From positions 1-43,466 of the IMG/VR virus record IMGVR_UViG_3300037657_000249: a stretch of DNA of 43,466 nt. One strand, 5' to 3'. The position numbers and the translations under genes were made by a program. Positions 35,046 to 41,855 of the stretch are shown here, one piece after another. Source of the DNA: a virus (Duplodnaviria > Caudoviricetes). The notes beneath the pieces were generated by a model. The model searched no databases. It worked only from the letters and a program-made list of their open reading frames with translations, and was not told where the DNA came from. The stretch's first letter is position 1; the number at the start of each line of letters is the position of its first letter.

Positions 35046-35212
35046 CTCGCTGCTCGACCCGGTTAGGCCGCCGCCCAAGACTGGGTTACCGGCGGCGAAC
35101 GATGGATTAGGAGCCCCGTTCTAGGCGAACTGGCCTAGCGGTTCGTCGTCCGCGCCGGGGCTAAACGCGGACGCCTCGGCAAGGCCCCTAGTTCCGTGGG
35201 GCGCAAGCGAGG
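35045..35212 (-). ncRNA. Putative multi-hairpin, pseudoknotted RNA 3' of tRNA-Trp
   Basis: Closing stem CCTCGCT/AGCGAGG, four internal hairpins and loop complementarities (see findings). Confidence 0.5.
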
Positions 35213-35217
35213 ACGAG

Positions 35218-35290
35218 CAGACTCCGCAGGGCTCGAACCTGCAACCTCCGGTTTTGGAGACCGGCGCTCTACCAATTGAGCTAGGGGCCT
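35218..35290 (-). tRNA. tRNA-Trp (CCA)
   Basis: Cloverleaf: GCTC/GAGC D arm, CCGGT-CTCCAAA-ACCGG anticodon arm, GCAGG-TTCGAGC-CCTGC T arm; one C-A mismatch in the acceptor stem; no encoded CCA end. Confidence 0.92.
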
Positions 35291-35399
35291 ATAGGGGTGA
35301 CGCTGGGGTGCCCTGCCTAACTGCTTCACTGCGCCGAGGCGTTTCGGGTCTTTCGGGGGCACAGGTTTACAGGGCGCTACTTCTGCCCCTTGTTCGCTG

Positions 35400-35472
35400 C
35401 TGGCCTCCCAGGACTCGAACCTGAAACCCGCCGATGAACAGTCGGCCGCTCTGCCATTTGAGCTAGAGACCA
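35400..35472 (-). tRNA. tRNA-Asn (GTT) with atypical C37
   Basis: TGGTCTC/GAGGCCA acceptor stem, G73, GCCGA-CTGTTCA-TCGGC anticodon arm, TTCGAGT T loop. Confidence 0.85.
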
Positions 35473-35563
35473 CTGGGGCTAGAGGAGGAGAGTCGTCGCT
35501 CGGCCGCTGTTACTGCATGTGATTGCGCGCCGAGTCGGGCGGGGTTCTCTCCCTCCGCATAGG

Positions 35564-35593
35564 AGAAGGGGGCCGGGGTTGCACCACGTTTAC
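35564..35593 (-). promoter_or_regulatory. Phage promoter variant at the head of the tRNA/late region
   Basis: GTAAAC-N13-GGCCCCCTTCT; predicted +1 at 35558. Confidence 0.65.
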
Positions 35594-35597
35594 ACGA

Positions 35598-35633
35598 CGA
35601 AGGCCCCCGTCCCGACGTGGGGAGGGGGCCTTC
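35598..35633 (-). terminator. Intrinsic terminator
   Basis: GAAGGCCCCC/GGGGGCCTTC stem. Confidence 0.65.
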
Positions 35634-35643
35634 AGGGGTCGTG

Positions 35644-36057
35644 CTAGTGGCCGGGGCCGTCCTCGCTCTTGGTCTCAAGGTCGAAGCCCGGGATGATCGC
35701 CTCCGGCTTGAACAGGATGCGGTAGTGGTACTCGCTCGCGTCGGCGCTGTCGAGCTGCTCGACGAAGTAGGAGACGTTATCGCTCAGGCCGAGGAAGTGC
35801 TTCTTGTACTCGTCCGGCCCGAGCTTGCACACCACTTCGAGCTGATTCCCCTCGTCGGTGATCGAACAGCGGCCCTCGATCGTGAGTAGGTACGTGTCGG
35901 TGATGCCGTTGAAGAACACCACTCGGCGGTCGATCTCGAACTGGTCCGCCGCGGTGGAGAGGTTCTCCGAGACGGTGGCCGAGTCGGTTGCACAGCCGGT
36001 CAGGGCCAGTCCGGCGAGGAGGGTTGCCGCGACGGCGGCGATGATGCGTTTCTTCAT
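35644..36057 (-). CDS. Conserved phage lipoprotein, 137 aa
   Basis: Signal peptide with lipobox LTGC; FEIDRRVVFFNGITD...YKKHFLGLSDNVSYFVEQ. Confidence 0.88.
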   Translation of the reverse strand: MKKRIIAAVAATLLAGLALTGCATDSATVSENLSTAADQFEIDRRVVFFNGITDTYLLTIEGRCSITDEGNQLEVVCKLGPDEYKKHFLGLSDNVSYFVEQLDSADASEYHYRILFKPEAIIPGFDLETKSEDGPGH

Positions 36058-36144
36058 GTGGGGGTGTTGCCTTCCTTTGGTGGGGGTGAATGAAGGCCCC
36101 CGTCCCGGTTAGGGGGGCGAGGGCCTTCGAGGTGTTGGTCGGGG

Positions 36145-36330
36145 TCAGCGCTGGCGGGTCTCGATGCGAGCGGTCGAGACCCACTTCGTCGCGATCCGAG
36201 CGCCGCGCACGAAGGCGACGAGCGTCTTGTCGCCGCGCACCTGGAGTGGGCGGACAACCTCGACGCGCTCGCCCGCGGTGCCCTTGACGGTGATCGTGTA
36301 GACGGTTCCGGTGCTGGTCTCGTTGCTCAT
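36145..36330 (-). CDS. Leaderless small protein, 61 aa
   Basis: ATG 6 nt after a TACACT -10; followed by a GAAGGCCC/GGGCCTTC hairpin (36092-36128). Confidence 0.75.
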   Translation of the reverse strand: MSNETSTGTVYTITVKGTAGERVEVVRPLQVRGDKTLVAFVRGARIATKWVSTARIETRQR

Positions 36331-36336
36331 AGGACC

Positions 36337-36365
36337 AGTGTAGAGCGTGTAAACGCCTCGCGCAA
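36337..36365 (-). promoter_or_regulatory. Leaderless SigA-type promoter with operator-like and CGTGTAAAC sites
   Basis: TTGCGC-N17-TACACT. Confidence 0.75.
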
Positions 36366-36371
36366 GTCGCC

Positions 36372-36638
36372 TTACGAAGCTCTTTTACGCCGCTCCCGCT
36401 CGACGGCGGCGAGGCACAAGCGGCACGAACTCTTGAGCCCGTCGGCCTTGCGCTCGTCGCGGCCGAAGGCTGCGTGTGGCTTCTTCATGCCACACCTCGC
36501 GCACGCCTTCCCGGCGTCGGCCTGGCGTCGCTGTAGGCGCCGGAGGGCGGCCCGAGTCAGGTCGCCCTCCGCGTTGTCGTACTTCGATGCCACGGCCGCC
36601 ACGCGGGCGGCTGCGCGCCTAGAGTCGGCTACCGCCAT
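36372..36638 (-). CDS. Zn-finger protein (CxxC...DGL-x-x-x-CxxC), 88 aa
   Basis: KACARCGMKKP...F...DGLKSSCRLC resembles the Zn module of EndoVII/HNH proteins, but no nuclease core is visible. Confidence 0.75.
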   Translation of the reverse strand: MAVADSRRAAARVAAVASKYDNAEGDLTRAALRRLQRRQADAGKACARCGMKKPHAAFGRDERKADGLKSSCRLCLAAVERERRKRAS

Positions 36639-36733
36639 AGCGCGAGCGAGCCCGCGATGACCGCCACGGAGACCGCGAGCCCGACGAGGAGCACACGGAA
36701 GCCGTAGCGGATGCCGTGGGTACTTTGGCTCAT
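36629..36733 (-). CDS. 34-aa single-TM peptide
   Basis: ATGA overlap; MSQSTHGIRYGFRVLLVGLAVSVAVIAGSLALWR. Confidence 0.6.
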   Translation of the reverse strand: MSQSTHGIRYGFRVLLVGLAVSVAVIAGSLALWR

Positions 36734-37353
36734 GGCTGGGGGCCTTTCGGGAGGAGGTCGTAGACGGCGGACATAGGGACCGGCGCGAGGCCCCAAGCGT
36801 CAAGGCCGACATGGACCTCGACGCGCGTGCGTGCTTCCGGTTCGATCTCCGTGACGGTCAGGCGTTCCGTCCCGTGCGTGTGGCCGTGGAGGAGCGGCAT
36901 CCCCTCGTCCCGAAGTCGCCATTGCATGTGCCTGGGCTCGTCCCGGTCGCGCTCATAGGGGAAGTGCGAGAGAAGGACCCGGATACCGCCGACCGAGATA
37001 CGGGCCGACTGTGCGATGGACTCGAAGGCGCCGTCGACGATCCCCTCCGGCGTGAGGAGCGGGGACGTGTAAACGTCGTGCCAGCGGTGCGCGTTGCGGT
37101 GCATGGGATGGGCGCGGTCGTGATTTCCAAGGATCAGGCGCTTACGACCGGGAAGCTCACTGAGGATCGCGAGGGCCTCGAATGGCGCCGACGCCGCAAT
37201 GTCGCCGAGGACGTAGACGACGTCGCTCGGCCGCACCCGCTCGCGCCAGCGCTCCGCGATCGTCGCGTCGTGCTCCTCGACCGTGGCGAAGCCGCGCTTC
37301 TCGGCAACTAGCCGATGCCCGAGGTGTAGGTCGGACGTGAAGTGCGCGGTCAT
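36730..37353 (-). CDS. Calcineurin-like metallophosphoesterase, 207 aa
   Basis: SDLHLGH, LGD, GNHD, SHFP, HGHTH, VGLDAW. Confidence 0.92.
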   Translation of the reverse strand: MTAHFTSDLHLGHRLVAEKRGFATVEEHDATIAERWRERVRPSDVVYVLGDIAASAPFEALAILSELPGRKRLILGNHDRAHPMHRNAHRWHDVYTSPLLTPEGIVDGAFESIAQSARISVGGIRVLLSHFPYERDRDEPRHMQWRLRDEGMPLLHGHTHGTERLTVTEIEPEARTRVEVHVGLDAWGLAPVPMSAVYDLLPKGPQP

Positions 37354-37727
37354 GCTCCGGCGTCGTGAATGATCGAGAGCACGCGCATGTCCTCCGTAGT
37401 CATCCACTCACCGCTTCGGGAGCCGGTAAGGACGATCCACGGGAGCCCGTCGGTGTCCGCCGAGAGCCCGACGACGTGCGTCTCGCCCCCGATCGCCGCG
37501 ACGATGACCGAGCCCGGCCGGGTCGGCGGGACGACTTCGATCTCCTCGACGACGAACCGCTTCACGAGGAGCGTTGCCCTCTCCCAGCCGTTCGCGCGCT
37601 GGAGTGCCCGCGCCTCTTGCGTGTTCGCGGGCTTCGCGTAGGTCGATCGCCCGTCGTCCCAGAACTCGCCGTCATCGTCGCCCCAGTCCTCGCGGCCGTC
37701 GGGGAAGCGGAAGCCGTAGGCGGTCAT
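37350..37727 (-). CDS. Hypothetical protein, 125 aa
   Basis: ATGA-coupled on both sides. Confidence 0.7.
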   Translation of the reverse strand: MTAYGFRFPDGREDWGDDDGEFWDDGRSTYAKPANTQEARALQRANGWERATLLVKRFVVEEIEVVPPTRPGSVIVAAIGGETHVVGLSADTDGLPWIVLTGSRSGEWMTTEDMRVLSIIHDAGA

Positions 37728-37951
37728 CGCTGGCTCGCCTTCTTGCGGCGGATCGCGGCGATACCGCGCACGAGCCCCACGAGGACGCCGAGGATCACGG
37801 CGGCTACGACGACGGTCGTCAGACCGGCGAACGGGGTCAGGACGGCCTCCCACGGGATGACGCCGCAAAGAGCGAGCCAGCCGAAGGTGGCGACGAGGAG
37901 GAGGGTCGCGGTCAGCGTGTCCATGCCTTGCGGGTTCGGTTTGTTGGTCAT
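37724..37951 (-). CDS. Two-TM membrane protein, 75 aa
   Basis: ATGA overlap; two hydrophobic segments and a basic tail. Confidence 0.7.
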   Translation of the reverse strand: MTNKPNPQGMDTLTATLLLVATFGWLALCGVIPWEAVLTPFAGLTTVVVAAVILGVLVGLVRGIAAIRRKKASQR

Positions 37952-38250
37952 TCTGCGTTCTTCTTTCTCCGGGCCGCGAGTAGGGCCTCGGGGGTCTGCG
38001 CGATGCGGTGGACCGTCTTGACGCGGTCCGGGTAGAAACTGCGGAGTTGGGGGGCGTGCTTGGGGCCGCCCCAGAAGTCGAGCCACTCGACGCCCCGCTC
38101 CGGGCGGACGACGCGCTTCACGAACCGGAACCGGCCCCTCTCGCCGCGGATGGAGACTTCCGATCCGGGCGAGAGGTGCCGACCGTTTACGACAGCGTCG
38201 CGGTGCTCCTCCCAGTCGGGAGGGGGCGGGGCCTTGCGCCGTCGTGCCAC
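37948..38250 (-). CDS. Conserved actinophage hypothetical protein, 100 aa
   Basis: PG-x-EVSIRGERGRFRF...W-x-DFWGG...RSFYPDRVK. Confidence 0.75.
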   Translation of the reverse strand: MARRRKAPPPPDWEEHRDAVVNGRHLSPGSEVSIRGERGRFRFVKRVVRPERGVEWLDFWGGPKHAPQLRSFYPDRVKTVHRIAQTPEALLAARRKKNAE

Positions 38251-38252
38251 TG

Positions 38253-38399
38253 CTACCGCCTAGCGAGGCACGCGGGGAGCTGCCCCGGTGGCGCGACGTA
38301 CACGCCTCCCGAGACAGCACACCCGACGCTCTCCACGGCGCTATAGGCGCTGAGCGCGAGCAGGACGACCACGAGAGCGACCCTCGCGGCGTGCCTCAC
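38253..38399 (-). CDS. 48-aa secreted or membrane peptide with two Cys
   Basis: GTGA overlap; MRHAARVALVVVLLALSAYSAVESVGCAVSGGVYVAPPGQLPACLARR. Confidence 0.6.
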   Translation of the reverse strand: MRHAARVALVVVLLALSAYSAVESVGCAVSGGVYVAPPGQLPACLARR

Positions 38400-38707
38400 G
38401 CCTTGAACGCTCCCGGCTCCTCGGCCGACGGCGAGGCCGCGAGGAGCGCGAGGAGCGCTTCGAGGGACTCGTCGCCCTCCGGCGTGGCGGTGACGGGGAA
38501 CGTGTGGAACACGGCCTCCAAGTTGGCGCGCGTCTCCTCGTATCCTCCGTCAAGCTCGGCGTTGGCGACGTCGACGAAGTCGGCGAGGGCGGTCGCGAAC
38601 TTCGCGAATGCGGGCGAGAGTACCTCGGCCTTCTCGTGGGTCGCGAAGGGGCCGTCGACCTCGGACGAGCGGAGGATCGCGAGGTAAGAGTTGAGCGGAA
38701 TCTGCAC
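38396..38707 (-). CDS. Hypothetical acidic protein, 103 aa
   Basis: GTG after GAAAGGA; downstream of a phage promoter motif. Confidence 0.75.
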   Translation of the reverse strand: MQIPLNSYLAILRSSEVDGPFATHEKAEVLSPAFAKFATALADFVDVANAELDGGYEETRANLEAVFHTFPVTATPEGDESLEALLALLAASPSAEEPGAFKA

Positions 38708-38742
38708 GTTGTTTCCTTTCGAGTGTTGTCAGGTGACGAATG

Positions 38743-38772
38743 AGAAGGGGGCCGCCGTGGCGAGGTTGCTCA
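38743..38772 (-). promoter_or_regulatory. Phage-specific promoter motif
   Basis: TGAGCA-N13-GGCCCCCTTCT; predicted +1 at 38737; preceded by a terminator at 38778-38824. Confidence 0.75.
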
Positions 38773-38959
38773 ATAAATGCCAAGAGGCCCCCGCCCCGAG
38801 CTGGGGAGAGGGCCTCTAGTGGCAAGCGCCGCCGCGCTCGCGGGCCTACGGCCCTGAGAGGGCGCGCGGGGCGTTGAGCTGGGCGGTGTGGGGGCGCGCT
38901 ACTAAGCCGCGTCGTTTGGTCTCCCGGCGGCGTTCAAAGCCGGGAGCCCCCTACATTTG

Positions 38960-39165
38960 CTAGGTCGGCCAGGGGAACTCGCGGAGAGCGCCGGTGAGGT
39001 ACGCCCCCCAGCCGATGATCGCCACGGACTGCCACGCGCTCAGTCGGCGCCTGACCTCGTCGAGTCGGGTCGCGAGGTAGCGTGCCTCTCGCTCGGCCTC
39101 CTGTCGACGCCGTAGCTCCAGCTCCAGGGGGCGGGGGCGTTTGGGTCGACGTTTCCGGCGCCCAC
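38960..39165 (-). pseudogene. Coiled-coil plus TM small protein with its start codon out of frame
   Basis: Frame GRRKRRPKRP...EAEREARYLATRLDEVRRRLSAWQSVAIIGWGAYLTG has no in-frame ATG/GTG/TTG near its 5' end; the GTG overlapping the upstream TAG is one G short. Confidence 0.45.
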
Positions 39166-39413
39166 TAGCTCCAGCGGACGCGGCGGAGGACGCCGCTTAG
39201 GCCGGTGTCGATGTACGAGCCACGGCGGAGCATCGTCGCGATACGCGCCGCGCTGCGGTACGTGCGGAGACCGGGCCAGTAGCCCACCGGGGCGTCGTAG
39301 ACCTCGGTCACCCACACGTCGACCGTCCACTGGCGGCGGAGGACGTGGAACTCGAACCATGCGAGGCCGACGTAGAGGGCGGCTCGGGCGTGGTACACGA
39401 GCGCGGCCTTCAC
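39165..39413 (-). CDS. Hypothetical protein, 82 aa
   Basis: GTGA overlap; RBS GGAGGA. Confidence 0.65.
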   Translation of the reverse strand: MKAALVYHARAALYVGLAWFEFHVLRRQWTVDVWVTEVYDAPVGYWPGLRTYRSAARIATMLRRGSYIDTGLSGVLRRVRWS

Positions 39414-39664
39414 GAGTAGTCCTCCAGCTCGCCGAGCGGAGGGAGCGGCGTGGCGATGCGGTAGCGGCCGAACTCGTCCGGCGCTGCGTTCGCGATCTCC
39501 AGCACGGCGGCGACGTCGGAGCCGGGGGCCAGCATGTACCCGGCCGGGTCCTCCTTCACGCCGCCGTTGTCCGTCGTGTCGACGAGAACGATCATGCCGG
39601 TCTCGACGACGCGCCGGGCGACGAACCTCGCCGGGGGCGGGGCTGGCTTCTTGCGTGGGGTCAT
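39410..39664 (-). CDS. Hypothetical protein, 84 aa
   Basis: ATGA overlap; RBS AAGGAG. Confidence 0.7.
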   Translation of the reverse strand: MTPRKKPAPPPARFVARRVVETGMIVLVDTTDNGGVKEDPAGYMLAPGSDVAAVLEIANAAPDEFGRYRIATPLPPLGELEDYS

Positions 39665-40161
39665 AGCGGGGTGATCTCCTTACCGATCTCGCTGTCGTAC
39701 TCGGCGCGCGAGGTGAACAGGAACAGGTCGCGCCTGCCCGCCTCCGCGTGCCGGAGCGCGTAGGTGGCTGAGCTGGCGGACAGGAACGGCGCGACGTCGC
39801 CCGTCTCGTTGTCGACGAGCAACACGAACCGGACGCCCTTGTGCGTGACCGTACCGAGCCAGAACCGCGGCGCCGGATCGGGCTCCTCGCCGAGGAGGTC
39901 GCGAAGCTCGGAGTCGAGTCCGCTCGATGCGCGTGCGGCCCACTCGTCCAGCTCGACCTCCGTCAGCGGGCGGCCTTGGAGAAGCCGAGTCCGCGCCGGG
40001 TCGCGTTCGAGGATGCTCACCATTTCCGGGGCGAACGAGCGCAACGTCGGATAGCCGAGCCGAGTCTCCGTGTCCGCGACGACCGCCGGTTCGCCGATGC
40101 TGCTCCAAGCTGGCGAGACGCGGGCCGGGTCGAGGGCGAGGATGATGAAGCGCGCCGTCAT
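39661..40161 (-). CDS. Hypothetical two-domain protein, 166 aa
   Basis: ATGA overlap; RBS GGAGG; two hhhhD-x-ET motifs. Confidence 0.75.
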   Translation of the reverse strand: MTARFIILALDPARVSPAWSSIGEPAVVADTETRLGYPTLRSFAPEMVSILERDPARTRLLQGRPLTEVELDEWAARASSGLDSELRDLLGEEPDPAPRFWLGTVTHKGVRFVLLVDNETGDVAPFLSASSATYALRHAEAGRRDLFLFTSRAEYDSEIGKEITPL

Positions 40162-40385
40162 GCGTACCTCCGCGTGATCCGCCGGGCCTTGCGGGCTGCC
40201 TTACCGCGTGCGCGGCGCTTGGCGACCTCGTCGGCGGGGACCGTACCGGCGTAGACGTGCCGCCCGGTCAGCGCGAGGGCGAAGAGGAGCGAGCGCTGGA
40301 ACGGGTTGGGCTCGACGAGCGGCGCACCCTCCGCGAGACGCTCGACGATCGCGGGGCTCGGGGTGCTCGTGGCGTCCGGGTTCAT
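40158..40385 (-). CDS. Hypothetical protein, 75 aa
   Basis: HVYAGTVP-x-x-EVAKRRAR-x-K-x-AR-x-x-R motif seen in actinophage proteins. Confidence 0.7.
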   Translation of the reverse strand: MNPDATSTPSPAIVERLAEGAPLVEPNPFQRSLLFALALTGRHVYAGTVPADEVAKRRARGKAARKARRITRRYA

Positions 40386-40717
40386 TCGGCGGCCTCGGCG
40401 GGCTCGTCGACCTCGGCGACGATCGCCTCCATGAGTCCGCGGCGGTGCTCGACCGGGACCTCGCGGAGGTAGTCGCTCGCGTCGGTGATCGTGTCCGACC
40501 ACTCACGCGAGTACCCGGCGAGCTTGTCGGGCTGCGCCATGCCGGAGTTGAGGGCTTCGACGGCCGACGCGGCGACCATACCGGCGAGAATGTCTCCGGC
40601 GACCGCGAACGGGTAGACCGAGTCGGTCTCGGAGTCGATGACGACGAGGGTGTGGAGGGCGTCGACGCCGAGGCGGTAGCGCTCGGTGTTGTCCTCGGAG
40701 AGGTAGCGCGTGGTCAT
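40382..40717 (-). CDS. Hypothetical acidic protein, 111 aa
   Basis: RBS GAAAGGA; ATGA coupling. Confidence 0.75.
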   Translation of the reverse strand: MTTRYLSEDNTERYRLGVDALHTLVVIDSETDSVYPFAVAGDILAGMVAASAVEALNSGMAQPDKLAGYSREWSDTITDASDYLREVPVEHRRGLMEAIVAEVDEPAEAAE

Positions 40718-40956
40718 GGGCGGGGTCCTTTCGGTGTGGGTTTGTTGAGGGTGAGGTCAGGGGTGCGCCACTCCTCGCGCCACCAATCGGCGAGGCGAGC
40801 GAGTAGGGCACCGAGGGCGGCGAGCGCGGATGCGCGGATGGGCGCCAGAGCCGCGGCCAGGGCGCCGACGGAGTCCGTGAGGGACGCTCGTCGAGCCTGG
40901 CCGCTGGCGCTAGCTCGGGCGCACTCGCACACTTGGCACGAGCACGGAGGGGTCAC
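40714..40956 (-). CDS. Hypothetical protein, 80 aa (CxCxxC N-terminus)
   Basis: GTGA overlap with the upstream gene. Confidence 0.6.
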   Translation of the reverse strand: MTPPCSCQVCECARASASGQARRASLTDSVGALAAALAPIRASALAALGALLARLADWWREEWRTPDLTLNKPTPKGPRP

Positions 40957-41441
40957 GCCGGGACGCCCTCGAAGAGGACGACGCACAGCGCTTCGAAGTC
41001 TTTGGCTGTGTAGTCGCCGGGGTAGTCCTCGGGGACGGGGTCGCCGTTGTAGTAGTTCCAGCCGCCGCGGCTGTTCTTCGTCCAGTGGACCTCTGCGAGG
41101 GGCCAGAAGATCACGGCTCCCGGGCGGAGGTGCGCGGTGGCGTCGGCGAACGACCGCTGGCGGGCGGCCTCGGCTACGGCTGCGGCTTTGGCCTCGGCCT
41201 CGGCTACGGCGGCGTCGTGCGAGTCGGCCGCCTCCACGAGTGCGCGAGCTGCCGCGCGCGCCTCGTCAGGCGAGAACAGGAGGACGAAGTGATCCCCGAT
41301 GGAGTAGCGGCGGTCGCTTCTCGTTGCACGGACGAACACGGCGCGGTCCTCGTGGCGGGCCTCCGGGCTCGGATAGTTCCGCGTGATCTTGAGGTCCGGG
41401 GTGTCGAGCATGACTTGGTTGTCTTGGGTCTCCTCGTTCAT
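40953..41441 (-). CDS. Hypothetical protein, 162 aa
   Basis: ATGA overlap; RBS GAAGAGG; PDEARAAARALVEAAD helix. Confidence 0.7.
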   Translation of the reverse strand: MNEETQDNQVMLDTPDLKITRNYPSPEARHEDRAVFVRATRSDRRYSIGDHFVLLFSPDEARAAARALVEAADSHDAAVAEAEAKAAAVAEAARQRSFADATAHLRPGAVIFWPLAEVHWTKNSRGGWNYYNGDPVPEDYPGDYTAKDFEALCVVLFEGVPA

Positions 41442-41629
41442 TCGAAGAACACCTCTTCGACGTCGTCGAGGTGGACGACGGCGGGGCGACCGCGGCGGCC
41501 GGTCTGGACTGAGAAGTAGTCGGGGTCGGTGGGGTGGGCCTTGACCGTGCCGGTGAAGGTCTTTCCGTCCGTGGAGCGGGTGACGGTGACGGTCGCGCCC
41601 GTCTGGGCGGCGCGTTCGAGTGCGTTCAT
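41438..41629 (-). CDS. Small SH3/Sm-like protein, 63 aa
   Basis: Beta-rich; TGRRGRP; RBS GAAGGA. Confidence 0.7.
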   Translation of the reverse strand: MNALERAAQTGATVTVTRSTDGKTFTGTVKAHPTDPDYFSVQTGRRGRPAVVHLDDVEEVFFE

Positions 41630-41817
41630 GCTTGGTCCTTCTGGGTTGTAGTTGAGCGGGGACGCGCTGCGCGTGGAGCTGGGAAGAGGGCGAGGGTCGC
41701 AAGGACCTGGGCCTCGGAGAGGTGCGCGCGGCGGGCTTCGGATGCCAGCGGGTACGAGCGAGCCTGGATTAGCTGGTCGATCGCTTCGAGCCGGAACTGG
41801 TCAGGGGTGAGTGCCAA
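41626..41817 (-). CDS. Hypothetical protein, 63 aa
   Basis: TTG after GAAGGAG; AQV-x-ATLAL motif. Confidence 0.7.
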   Translation of the reverse strand: MALTPDQFRLEAIDQLIQARSYPLASEARRAHLSEAQVLATLALFPAPRAARPRSTTTQKDQA

Positions 41818-41855
41818 ATAGCTCCTTCGGTAGGTCCGTGGGACTGGGTCGAAGG

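Noticed and set aside
35293-35390. HDV-like or hammerhead ribozyme, or a third tRNA, in the inter-tRNA spacer
   Set aside because: No CUGAUGA core, no room for an HDV P3/L3 element, and no TTCG T-loop cloverleaf on the coding strand.
35644-36057. Lipoprotein as recombination directionality factor (an annotation I recall for this family)
   Set aside because: It has a signal peptide and lipobox, and a gp3-like RDF is already present at 9878-10594.
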